DNA of 63,698 nt, filler included, from Choristocarpus tenellus KU-1152 (GCA_964200185.2; 12 parts of 12 records of this genome joined end to end with filler, not necessarily neighbours in it); one strand, 5' to 3'. Counted from the whole stretch's first letter, positions 14,001 to 26,197 are shown. A program made the numbers and translations. Notes: generated by a model from the letters alone, not told the origin.

Positions 14001-15542
14001 GTACAAATGATTCGGATCCATATATATGAAAGAGTTAAGTCCTAAATGTTTGATTTGGGGGGATGTGCCCCAACATGTATAATTGAGATTTATGTCTGGA
14101 ACGGCAACTGATTTATCCACTATTTCCCACCTTGGTCAAAGCACAGCATTGTCACACTTCCTTAACTATGTCTATCCAACATTCGTTTCTTTTATTCTAA
14201 TTTCCTTCCTGTGTTTCACCACCAAGCCTGTCATCTATGGATTGTGGCTAGGAGAGTGATAATGCAGTCTAGGACCTATTGATTCAATGGTATTTGTTCT
14301 CATCCTCAGGCATCCCTTAGCCTGCGATTGTTGCTTGTTGGGATAAGTCTCATGGAATTTCGAAGATGTCATCCATTACACAACCATTTTTAAAGTAATA
14401 ATCTGTTCCTGAGTCTTCGTACCAGTTGACCAACTATGTTATGAATGCACTTCTAATGGTGGCATAAACGCCTCACTGTCCTTTTTGTGGTACAAGATTC
14501 TGAAGAAATTCGATGCCAAGAACCATTGATGTCTTTGGGCATACGGTCATGTCTTTGGTGGGAGAAGGTTTGTTGGTCTTTGTTTTTGCTAGATGTCAGA
14601 CATTCATTTATTTATTTTTTAAATGTAATGAAAGAGGCCTTTACCAGATGTTCTTCACAGGAACATGGAAATAATGTTTCTACCCAATAGAGATCACAAT
14701 GCACGTCGCGCTATGTAACAGACATCCTAAACGCCTGAAAGATGTTGTATAAAGCTATGTATGTGTGTGTGTTTTGTTGTACCACTTTTAAAACAGGACT
14801 GCATGACGTATTCAGTGGGCTTTCGTGCGCCTTCGACCCGGGACCTCTTGACCTTCTTTGGGAACCATGTTGCAACGACCATGGTTGATGCTGATGCTGA
14901 CACATTTTATCGGGACCCTGATCTAAAAAAGCAGGACAACCCCGGTGAGTTGAAAAATGCGTTTTCGTAAACTGAACCTGCCTTCTTTGTCACTGGATGG
15001 TGAAGGTATTATGGTAAGAATAAGCGACATAGAAGTACACCTTTGAAATATTTCGTTACAAGGACTGTTGTCAATGAAATATTTCAATGCTCCCGATTGT
15101 GCAGCCCTTTTCCTTTTCAGGTCAGGGAGATTTTTTCTTCTATGTTCCAGCAATTGCTATCTGCAGAGTATTTGAGAGCATGCGTTGACCTCATTAGGGT
15201 TAGAGCTGTGACCAGGTTGCTACTTTTGTGTCTTTCAGTATGTTTGTCTGAACGCGCTTCTTTGAATAGTGATCCAAAAGAATGCTTTGTTGAGTCTGCT
15301 GCTTGGAATGCTTCATGACTTGTGTTTGTGTTTGCTATGAGTTGGCTGCTGTAAATTAGATGTTCCTCCTGCTTCCCTCTAACCCCTCTCTCTATGCGTT
15401 GATTGTCATTATGGTGATGTGTTAAAGGTCTGATTGAGAGGGTATCTGTTAACAGAGCAAAGGAGATGCTTCGGAAAGCACTTACTGCTGCCCTGGATGA
15501 CAATCAAGCATTTGACATCTGGTTTGGAGCTCAAGTCACAAG
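8044..15542 (+). CDS. roxA: JmjC 2OG/Fe(II) ribosomal oxygenase, RoxA/YcfD (cupin_4) family; partial spliced gene, exons 8044-8112, 10936-11064, 12380-12496, 12903-12977, 14797-14944, 15428-15542
   Basis: Phase-consistent splicing gives VFAELGESHWTLLVNEVNRHIPE|VSDLLQQFAFVPNWRVDDVMVSYATEGGSVGPHVDNYDVFLVQ|GSGSRRWCIE...DFKEDQ|AWVLQPGDALYLPPRIAHHGVSLDK|DCMTYSVGFRAPS...YRDPDL..NP|G..FDIWFGAQVT. This is colinear with E. coli YcfD motifs (WRIDD, GGGVGPHLDQYDVF, PGDILYIPPG.PH, YSVGFRAP, QWFG). The HxD...H iron triad is intact. N- and C-terminal exons were not found on this contig. Confidence 0.92.
8340..8920 (+). mobile_element. decayed Ty3/Gypsy RT remnant in roxA intron
   Basis: Frameshifted motifs VYPMPTI, EHRDHIRLISQQGCRHFEHLGFG (DR.KTAF.T..G..EF..MPFG) and AKCF....V. 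Confidence 0.45.
10100..10790 (-). mobile_element. possible decayed Gypsy integrase remnant in roxA intron
   Basis: Weak motifs only (LPLPKG, TMLSHL...WD). Confidence 0.3.
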
Positions 15543-17180
15543 GTCAAACACACAGTGAAATTTTGGACAGGTCACTGGCTTCAATGATTTACTAGTTGTC
15601 CTTTATTCAGTAGGGGCTATCTCAATGATTTGATCACATACACTCCTGTCTTCCACACAAACTTTAGGGGGACAAGATGGTCACGTTCTTTGGGTTCTGG
15701 AATGTGACAGTTTCATTATTGTAACTCCGCTCAGTAGCGATACTAAATTATTACGTCAAGAAGAGCTTTTTATGACCATGTTGTGCTACAGACTAGGTTT
15801 CCCGTTAGTTGTGCTTTAGACTGGCGTAAGAAGTGTACATGATATGCCTCCTACACCCTCCATTTTCCCTTTGACTTGGAGCAATGGCACTTGCTGTATA
15901 TCCAGGTGTTTATGTTGGGAAGGGGCTACCATGTGTATCTCCCCTAGACAGTCATTTGAAATGTAACAGTTAATTGGTTTTCTTGCCACTTGCTGTTCAT
16001 AAGCTTTTTCATTGGTCAAAGAGGACCAGTAATGTCCAACATAGAGAATAGACACCTCCAGTGGCATATCGTGCGTGCCTTTATTTGGACTTGTGTAATG
16101 AAAGTAGTTGCTTCAGTGAACTTCATATTGTTCACACACCAACAATGTCTAAAATCAAAGCAGTAGTACAGGGTAATATAAGACTTGGGCCATTGTCAAG
16201 GTCATTATCTGCCCTCGCAGGCTGTTTTTTTTTTTGNNNNNNNNNNNNNNNNNNNNNNNNNNNNNNNNNNNNNNNNNNNNTTAATTAATTAANNNNNNNN
16301 NNNNNNNNNNNNNNNNNNNNNNNNNNNNNNNNNNNNCGGTGCGTGGCAAGAGTTGTATCAAGATTAAATAATAGTCATTATTGTTGTATCAAGATTAAAT
16401 AATAGTCATTATTAGAAGGGGGGAGAAGGAGACAATTGAACCGATGTAATGCCAGGTGTCACGTTGACCCCATATATTTCATTTGACCTGAAAGCAATCA
16501 TCTAATAGACCTGAGGTTGCACTTTACACTTGTTAATCGTGTGAGGTTGTGGTGTGCATGTTCTTCAGGAATGGAATGACTCTTGGTTGGGGTCAATTGG
16601 GAACGCAGGAGTGACCACCCATCGAACTTCAAAAAACGCAGGAATAACTACATTGCCTGGGGTTATCAATATAGTGAGGGTAACAATATATCAGTGCTGA
16701 TCTATATAAACAACATGTTTTCCAGAGACTGATGGATCGTGGAATTTGGAACATTCCAGAGTATTGCTACAAAATGTACTTCTCAACTTGGAAATCGGGT
16801 AGAATACAACAACATTGCAGCCAAAAATAAATAAAACCCAACATACAACTTTTCGAGAGTTCATAGATTCTGTAGCATCTGATCAGGATATGCCAAGGAC
16901 CAGCTGTACGATCGACTTTTCCCTGCTGAACACTACATAAATACACTATACATAGTATGAATGAAAAACGTAAGATTCCACTGATGGTCCTTGGAAGGAT
17001 CTTAGTTTCAACTCTTAATTCAAAATGTCGGCACCAAAACATTTTTTTTCTGTTAATCGTGTGTGTGATGTTGATAGATGATTGAATAGCTTTTGCCTTT
17101 TTGTCAGCTTCTTTCCTTTAGTTTTTTTTTATTGGGTTGTTCCTTTCCCAAAAGGTCTCTGAAGTATTGGTGGCGTACAT

Positions 17181-17310
17181 AATATGAGCTTTGATTCTTT
17201 GCTCGGAATAATGATAAATCGGACGTATCTTTAAATCGCGTTTTTTTTTCTTGCTCATAGGCAATAAGCTGTTTTTCATCCCAGTTATACTGGTTTACCA
17301 CTTTATAGCT
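17181..17310 (-). pseudogene. chimeric bacterial-like fragment: Rpn/PD-(D/E)XK C-terminal piece fused to IS1634-like transposase piece
   Basis: YKVVNQYNWDEKQLIAYEQEKK(+1 A)RDL followed in the new frame by DLKIRPIYHYSEQRIKAHI. Confidence 0.55.
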
Positions 17311-17900
17311 GAGTGCTTGGCTTCTTCCATATGCTGATAATGGTGACACATGACACATATTAGGTATATTTGCCATCTATCACCCATTATGAAAGCCTAC
17401 AAGAGGGAGAATAGGCTGTGTGTGGTCGTTGTGTGATAGCAGGACAATTTTTTCTGTGCTTCAATGATGAAATGTATTTTTGGTAGTGTGAAAAAATATC
17501 TATGGTGAAAATTCTATTTCAAAATTCAAAAACATAAAAAAAACCTTCAACAAAGCATACATTCCCTGCATTAATGCATTTATTGCAATAGGATTCATTG
17601 TTGATTTTGTTTGGTTGTCTCACAAAGTGACACCACAATTGAGTAAAGCTCTTTCTGCAATTGTACAACATAGAGTTTTCTTGCCCTTATGATCCTTAAA
17701 ATGCAGCCCTGCCTACCTCTCAATTGGTTTGACTCGTTATCATTTCCTTACTACTACTGCTCTTTGTCATTGTTTTTTCATTCACAACTTGGTGGATGCT
17801 GCTGTCAAATGGACATACCTATGATGGTATATTCTCAATGTTACTTAATGGCCCTAACGTCTGACTTCCAAGAATAGGGGTAACCCAACACCTGCCATGA

Positions 17901-18158
17901 GAGCCAAGGTATCTTAGAGGGTAGAGTAGCGTCCATTTGGGGGTCAAAACCCAATGTTTCGATTTTGATGTAATTTTGGCTATCGTGTTTGTTAGGAAGC
18001 GTCAATATCTATGTTTCCGACACATCTTTCATAATGTATACATTTTACCTACTCCGAAACATTTTGGAGTAGGAAAATGTCACAAACAAACCCATGGGAA
18101 GTCAAGCCCCAAATGGACAAAATGGGCAAAACTCGTACCCTCTAAGATACTCTCACTC
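17901..18158 (-). mobile_element. MITE family A (TSD TGA)
   Basis: Full TIRs with perfect TGA/TGA flanks. Confidence 0.9.
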
Positions 18159-19960
18159 TGACATACTATGAATATATGTGTGCACGTGTCTGGTTAGAAA
18201 CAGCATCCCATAGAGGGCAACAGAAGTCACACACCCTGGTCATTCAAACCCTAACCCTAAGCCCATTAAAGCAGTAGAAATTGGATACGAAGGAAGAAAA
18301 CGTCCAGAAAATACAATTTTCTATTGTTTATGGCGTTACTGTCTTTGCTTTGTATGCAATGTAGTTATCTCTTTACTTACCACTTTCGGAAGTATATTCA
18401 TTCTTTACAACAACAACATGAGGGTGTGGTCAAAAGGTACTCAAGAGAAGGCAATATCATACACTCTGCTCGATTGAGGGATGCATAAAGGTACTAGTTT
18501 CAGAACATTTGTTTTTAGCGGATTGTTGTATCTATCTGCCTTGGACGCTATCTGACTAGGTACTCTAAAACACCATCATTTCAACGCGAGCAACAGATTG
18601 TCACGCTTGCTAACTAAAATCAAAATGCATGTTCTTAGGATGACCATCACGATGTGTAAATTCCCCGGGAGGAGTTACCTAAGTGTTTGTAACTGTAACT
18701 TTCCTGGGAGGGAGGAAGCTGTTAATTGTAGACAGAGGTGATGTCAACACGTTGTATCAATTGTTTAGAATAAAAAGTCGTGTTGGCCAATCAGATTGTA
18801 TCAACCATCATGATATGGAAGGCCTCTCCATTTTTACCCCCTTGACGGATTGTTGGCATTGAAATGGCCCATGGGGCATACTCTTGAATGAGGAGCCCAT
18901 GGTGATCACCCTCCACTCTGATGGGTGGTGGTGGTGGTAGTTGCTTGGGCTGGCTTAGGTGATGCTTTGGCATGATGTGCATGTACATATCAGCCATCAC
19001 AGCTTCCTTATAATGCCACTCTGCCTTATCTTTACACACACACACACACATACACACATACACACACACACACTAATCCTATTTAACCAAACAACCCCAG
19101 CAAACCATCTCCAACACTCGCTCTCACCCCCTCTGTTGCAAATCAAATTTCGATTGTGTTGTAAGACTCTTTGTGTCACACCCATCAAACAAAGTCAAAA
19201 AGTAATTGTAACAGAGGGGGCGAAGGGGGGGATCTTTTGGACGTTTAGAAATCTAATGGGTTAGGGTTAGGGTTACTTCAACAAGTTTCGATAAAAGGTG
19301 AAGACACTCCAAGAAGGAAGTCGATTCAATGGAATGACTTGGTTCTGTCCTGCAACCTGAAAGTAATTACAAAATAGTCAACATGCCCTCCCCACCCCAC
19401 CTGTGGACCAAGAGGACACAAAACAATCTGCCAACAGAAACATCAGAGAGGTCCTTGAAACTCTGGGTTCATGCCCATAAAAATATGAAAATACTGCATT
19501 AATATTACTCGAATATATATATTTGACATATATTTCAAACTTTTAATCTGGATTTGTGGAACTGATTCTTTTTTATGTTGTTTACCTGTTTCCAGTATTT
19601 CCCCTCCCTCCCCCCCCCATTTTATCTACTTTTGTACTGTACCTTTAAATGAAAATGGAAGGGAACATTTATATTTTTTACAATGGTATTATTATACTTA
19701 TGCTATCATTCACTAAGTAAACTCAATGTTGATGAAAAATGCACACATTCACATGATTCCTTTTGCCTATTCTCTTGACCACCTTGCAAGGCATCACCCC
19801 ACCCACTATTCCACATGTGCAACACAGAGAGAGAAAAAAAAAAAATTAAGAAGGAGAAAAAGACGTTTCATACATTTTTCTAGATGCAGCAGGTAAAAAA
19901 TACTGAAAAAACCACATCCTATCATCACATAAGGAGTGGGTTGTTGACAGGGGCGCATAC

Positions 19961-20093
19961 CTCATAGACGCCATCGACATCACGGAAACCCTTGACCATG
20001 CCCAGACCAAAGAGGGATGGCATGCAGGAGCCAGGCGGAAAGTCGGAATGAAATTTGATGGCAGCAGGTGGGGGTGGGGACGCCTCGGGGACC
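19961..20093 (-). CDS. orphan internal exon (VPEASPPPPAAIKFHSDFPPGSCMPSLFGLGMVKGFRDVDGVYE)
   Basis: CTAAC-like branch point, CAG acceptor, GAG|GTATGC donor. The GC-richer open frame has an 'FG.G.V...R..DG.YE' motif. Confidence 0.55.
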
Positions 20094-20610
20094 CTGATGA
20101 GGTTAGGGTCAGGGATAAAGTTACAGGGTGGGTGGAGGGAATCCAAACTTGTCAAATGGAAAGTTTTGAAACATTTCCTGCTAACACACACTTGAGACCA
20201 AAAAACAAACCAAAAATGATAATTACTGGGCATGTTAAGTAAGACGAAACACATCCTCTGCTCACTATCGCTTCACACGCTTTTGAGTGGATGAGTTAAA
20301 AATACAAAAATCAGGAAGGCGTTTATTTCAGCTTTGCTGCAGGTGGTGTAGAACAGATAGACAAACTATCAGACTTCCATTAACATTTGTAGGGTATGCC
20401 TGTTGAAAAAAACAAAATTGCAACCNNNNNNNNNNNNNNNNNNNNNNNNNNNNNNNNNNNNNNNNNNNNTTAATTAATTAANNNNNNNNNNNNNNNNNNN
20501 NNNNNNNNNNNNNNNNNNNNNNNNNCTCTTCCTCTCCCCCCTCCCCCTCCCCCTCCCCCTCCCCCTCCCCCTCCCCCTTTTTTTTCTGATTATTTTTTAT
20601 TTTATTGCAG

Positions 20611-20810
20611 GTGAACGGTTGCCGGTACCGGCGTTGAAGGACTGCCTAGGCTGGCACATCTTTTGTGTAGGCTGTTCTGATGTGGGTACAACATCAGGTG
20701 CGTTAGCGATGGATAACCCTAACCCTATTGAGTGCGAGAAGAGATAGGTAGGTAGACAGGTAGGTAGGTAGCTCACTCACATACACACACGCAGGGCTGG
20801 GTGGCACGCT

Positions 20811-20847
<37 letters not shown>

Positions 20848-20984
20848 TGTGATGTGATGTGATGTGATGTTAGTAATGGTTGCAGAACATTGGAAGGCAT
20901 TGTGGCGGTCCGAAACGTACGTGTGTTTTTTTTTGCTGTTGTTAGGTGAGGTTTGAGAAGAACGAGCGTCTCGAACGCCCGATT

Positions 20985-21021
<37 letters not shown>

Positions 21022-21568
21022 CTTCTACACACTCTTTTGTTTATAAGTTAGCAAGGGGATCGGACGGTGTCATTTTAGATTTTTTTTATTTATTTTAGAT
21101 GTGACTCTTCATGAGGAGTTGGGAGGGGAGGGGTCCACACGCCTTGCTTGTATTGTTTGCAACATGGGAGAGTTGAGGTTTTGGTATTGGTTGGAAGGCG
21201 TTGATTACCACGGGAAGGCGAATGGGTCTGCACATGTACAGCCTCTGGGAGGCGTACTGTCTTAGGAAGTAGAGAGTGCCTGTAGCAGACTAGACTGGCA
21301 CACAGGGGAGAGTGGTCGCTTGACAGTGCAGGAACATTCACGGAAGGTTGAGAGAGGACTGGTAGGGTTAGGGTTACAAGAAGTGTTTTTGCTGGAGTTT
21401 TCCACTGTAGGGTGGCGATGGGGACAACGACAAGAGAGGAACACCCCGCCGCCTTCCAGGTCTCTCTAAATCCAATTTCTGTTGAGGGTCACTGAAGCGT
21501 TGACAATAAAGTAGAGGACGTGTAGACAATACCTGAGGCTTGTTCATCCTCCACAAAGCCAGGAAGTC

Positions 21569-21607
<39 letters not shown>

Positions 21608-22953
21608 GCTTAGCTTAGCTTAGCTTAGGGTTAGGGTTAGGGTTAGCTTAGCAATGGAGTTACGGTGTTTCAAGAAGTGGTAGTGGTCTGTAGGTTGATA
21701 CTACTTGATGGGAGAGATTTGATGATGGGCATAATGGACACGCAGGCAATATATGCACATATACATACATATATACATACATATATACATACATACACAT
21801 AAGCTCTATGTATACATAGGCACATAAGTGCAGCAATGAAGCCTTGTAACCTTGTTCTTGATGTGAATTTTTTGTACTGACTTGGATTATCAAAATTGGA
21901 TTATGTCCATGACAAGAAGAGTTTGCTGTTTAATGGGGTTCAGTACCGCGAGTCAGTCCGTTCAAAAGACATTCTTGGTTAGAATCGAATCCTATAGCAT
22001 TCTCACCGGGGTGGCTCTATGAGGCATCCTCACACATGGGATGATTGTGTTTACATTGTAAGGGGTTACCCCCACCTCTGGCATTCATTTGGGAGCTCGC
22101 CAGTCCATTTTTTGGGGGTTAGTGCTCTCCAGCACGAGCTATGCATGGGACGGAGGAAGCCCCCCTCCCCTCCCACCCACCTCAACTTGTGTGTGTTTTT
22201 GACTTGTGGTAATGAACTCCAGGGTTAGTTGGTGAAAGTTGGAGTGAGGCGTCTGTGGATAAAGGTAGCATGTGCCCCCTGCCCCAAAGTGTTTTTTTGT
22301 TTTCCCTTGAATCCCCCTCCCTCTAAAGAATCCCCTATTCACTTGCCATGATAACCTGTTTGTTGACAGATGACGGCGAGGAGAATGATGTTGTTGACGA
22401 GGATGAGGTATACCCTCCAGTAGATGTCCAAAACGACTGCCGAAAGGGTCTGGATAACAGCCCAGGGGATGGGAAGGAGAGAGGGGAGGGCGAGAGCTGT
22501 GGAGGAGTGAAGTGGGAGGGGGATAATGCCACAATATTGTCAAGGGGGAAGGGGGGGAGGACAAAGGTCAACACAGCAGTCAGCCCAGGAGGATTAGGAG
22601 ATGAAGATGGGGCAGGGGCAGGGGGAGAAGATGATAATGAGGTGGTAGTTGTTTTTGGGGAGTCTGTGGATGGTGACTCTGAGGTGGGTTTGGAATTGGG
22701 TACAGATTTGGTGCTGAAGGCTACAGAGCTTGAGCTGGGGCAAAGTCCTGAAGGTGATGGGATGGAGTCAGAGATTAGAGAGGAGGGTGAAGTATGGGAA
22801 GGCAATGGGGGAGACAGGGGGGAGATTGATGGGAGGTGTGGAGGAGGAGGAGGAGGGGAGGAGGAGAAGGAGCGGGTCTATGGAAAGGGGTGGTTGGCTT
22901 ACTGTCCAGAAGGGTCCGCACCCACTGTGCAACTAGCTGTTCAGTTTGATCAG
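20611..22953 (+). CDS. GEMIN2: Gemin2/SIP1 (SMN-complex) homolog, two internal exons 20611-20697 and 22370-22953
   Basis: Exon 1 ERLPVPALKDCLGWHIFCVG resembles Gemin2 'P..ED..GW..FCLG'. Exon 2 ends GSAPTVQLAVQFDQ, resembling 'P.L......(M/L)(N/D)Q'. AG/GT sites are canonical and the phase-1 junction (G|AT) is consistent. Confidence 0.65.
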
Positions 22954-23949
22954 GTGAAGAATGAAGGATGTAAAATAGGCTTAGGCCTCTGGTTGTTGGC
23001 CTGATTGTGCATGTCTTCTTTTTTTTTCGGCGGGGTATGGAATGTCTTCTGTTTAACTGTATTCTGTGGAATTATTTTTGTTTTTTATTAAATTTTTTTT
23101 TGTTCCTTCTGATTTTTCTTGGAAATTTCTCAATGGTCGAGAGTGAGAATGTTGTCGTGGAAGGTGTCATTTGTATATGTGTATGTATGTATGTATATAT
23201 GTGTATATATATATATATGGTTTTGTGGCTTATTACACCAATAAATAGTGTATGTCTGTAGGTGTTTTGTGGGTAACACTGTAAGTAAAACTCTTAGGAG
23301 TTGTTAGAGTGTAAGTGCGTGTTTTTGTGCCAAACGAGCACACTCTTGTCGCATCCCGCAATGACTGTTGATCCCCTTTACTGTCCATGCTAATCTTCTT
23401 TTATTTCAACTCTGTACATACATACGCCCGTTGGGAAGGTTTCCAGTAGTACCCTTACAAGGTTCGAAAGTAAATATGACAGTAAATTTCGTACCCCTGC
23501 TGATGTGGCAAGATGGAGTTTAAGTATTTTAGGAAGGCGTTATCCCTCACTGAGCACTGGGATCAATTACCCCTCTACATATATCCTCTGTAGTATGTAG
23601 AGAGCTATGTATGGGTGGGTATGATTTGTCCTATGGCTTAAAGTATCTGGGGGGGGGGGGGGGGGGGGGGGCCCCCCCCCTCGCCCCCCCGGGGGGGGGG
23701 GCGAGCATTTTTTACTTCCNNNNNNNNNNNNNNNNNNNNNNNNNNNNNNNNNNNNNNNNNNNNTTAATTAATTAANNNNNNNNNNNNNNNNNNNNNNNNN
23801 NNNNNNNNNNNNNNNNNNNCAAAAATCGCGACATGAACAAACTGACCCCAAATGGACAGCCGCCACCCCCTCACAGATACTCTGAGCCACTGTTTGTTGC
23901 GAGGTCATGGTGATCCCGTCGAAGCTGACGAAATAATTAGCTGGAACAG

Positions 23950-24420
23950 GATTGGAGCCAGCCAAGAGAAGCAGAGGTAGAAAATTTAGGGCCACGTTAG
24001 CTGCTGTGGCCGACCATGGCAAGGTGAGATTGTCTGGTTTAGAAATGTGGTGCTTTGATATAGGGGCACCAAACAGTGTGACCAATGGCCCGACTAACAT
24101 GTATGACTTCACCCCATGCCCAGAAGATCACAAAATTACTGTGACTGATGGCACATCACTACCCATTGGGATACGGCATGATTGATTTAAATTTAACATA
24201 GGCCACGATGAGTGGATACACATTACTTTGGCATCTGTCGCACTGGTCCCCGATCTAACATTCAATCTCTTATCATCGTGATCTGCTTGTAAGGCGGATT
24301 CAGTTTCCATCAAGGGGACCGGCGATGTATACTACATATTGGATGGATGGGGAGGGTCTTCCACTTGTTTTTGAGAGGGATGCATCCATGTATATAGCTG
24401 AAGTCGAAAGAAACCCCCGG
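23950..24420 (+). mobile_element. Ty1/Copia protease remnant
   Basis: WCFDIGA..SVT....MYDF.......TVTDGTSLPI and LASVALVPDLTFNLLS motifs, disrupted by stops. Confidence 0.7.
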
Positions 24421-24784
24421 AAGATGATGATGATGATGATGATGATGGAATCTCCTGGATCTAAGGCGGATTAGGTCATGGCGATGAAACTGTGGATGGT
24501 AACAACAGTAATGAAAATGATGATGGGGAGGATGCGACAAAGAACAACGGCAGCCGAAGCGCCAGTGAACTTCAACATCTCAGTACGGGAAATGGGCACG
24601 ACAATACCCTTCCTCACCACACCAGATCTGGTAACCGTCAAGATGCTTCTACCAAAGGTGCTGTTATCCCTTCCTCCAGTCAGTTGGTTTGGTGTGGCAA
24701 TTCTGCAGACTCCGTATAAAGGTACACACACAGAGCTCACTTGTACGTCCTTTGTCATTGCCATCCATTAGTATTTCTGATGGA

Positions 24785-24897
24785 GGCTCAAAGTATCTGG
24801 GGGGGGTGGTGGCTGTCCATTTGGGGTCAATTTTTTCATGTCGCGATAATGTAAATGCACTTTTCCTGATTTTGGGGCAAATGGACACCCTAGGGTC
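24785..24897 (+). mobile_element. MITE family B, internally deleted
   Basis: Left TIR and partial body, ending GGGTC. Confidence 0.7.
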
Positions 24898-25730
24898 AGA
24901 ATCACGTAGTAGCGATGATCGGGGAGTGAATCAGTAATATACAGATCGGGATAGTCCTCACAGTAATATGAAGCAAATAAGAATAACAATTTCTCTGATA
25001 TCTGAATAATGTGGGTGGCGATAACAGCCACGACGAGGTCATGTTGGTGAGGGGCTAGGGTGAGGAGAACAGGTTCATTCAGGAGACATGAAGAAGAGTG
25101 AAGATGAACCGAGATCATCAATGGTAAAGAGAACCTCAAGAAAGTGTGTGCGCAGCACGGACAAACCCGATTAGAAAAGAAACAGAACAGATCCAGCGCA
25201 AGGCTACGGTTTGAGTTGGAACAGTTCAGAACTCGAATGAAACAATGAGAACCACTCGTGATTACCTCAAAGAAACAAGAACTTCTCAAAAAGATCATCG
25301 TTACTGAAGAGGATTTGAGACAATGACAAAAAATGCATGGAGATTCTGATCAATTGAAATCAATAAATAATCCATGAGTGGAGCCAAGAGTCCATGGATG
25401 ACGAGTACAAGTGAATCACGAGGAACATAAACAAGACTCTCGACCAGAGATGTACTACTGGAGGTGGTGGTGTCCTTGGATTCGGAAAACATGAAGATCC
25501 TCAATAAAATTCTCAATCTGAGATGTACCAGTAGAGGTTGGCGTCTCTCAGAGTCATCTAAATTGAAAAGACGAAAAGGTCGTTGGTGAGACTCTTTGCG
25601 TGAGATGTCCCACCACAGGAATCCCTCCGATTTATTCACACCACTACTGTAGTACCGTACAGTTGTACTATTTGTACTGTTTGCTTAGCTCACAAATTCT
25701 AGATTTTTATTATTTTTCTTTGTTTGCATT

Positions 25731-26170
25731 TATGAATCGCATGATTCTGTGGCGGCGTGGTTCACTCAGGCAAGGGTGGCGAGGAGAATCACTGGGCAAG
25801 ACGCACCAGACGGACCAAGACGAACCATAACCGAGAGGACGAGGTTAAGGTTGGAGAAGTGCGAGACTGCTTGTGCTTGTGCAAAAACTGTAGGGACTGA
25901 CAGACTGAGGATCTTGTGAGAGAAGATCATCAGAAGTGTCAAGACGAGAGAACGAAGTGAATCTTTCATGTTCGACAACTCTGAATGAACAGCAGTCCCA
26001 TACCTGTGGAACTGGTCTCTTGTAGAAATTCCATATATTCATTCTCACGGAAGATCCTCCTCCACTGGAATCAGGGATTCTTGACAAGGAACCTCAATCG
26101 GTATGACGGCATATTACATATGGCAATAACGGGATAATAACAAACCTGCTTTTCACACATTCCAACAATT
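25731..26170 (-). mobile_element. LTR of the same Gypsy family (LTR family 1)
   Basis: Shares the TTGAGGTTCCTTGTCA.GAATCC..ATTCCAG core and the CCTGAGTGAACCAC..CGCCACAGAATCA...GATTCA end. Confidence 0.7.
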
Positions 26171-26197
26171 TTACTCTCCCCCATTGTAATACCCCTA

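Noticed and set aside
23385-23416. 15-nt match to the U6 snRNA core (AGAAGATTAGCATGG, minus strand) with a nearby ACAGAG
   Set aside because: The flanks do not match U6 and there is no properly placed box D for an anti-U6 snoRNA. Chance or a tiny relic; an Infernal search would settle it.
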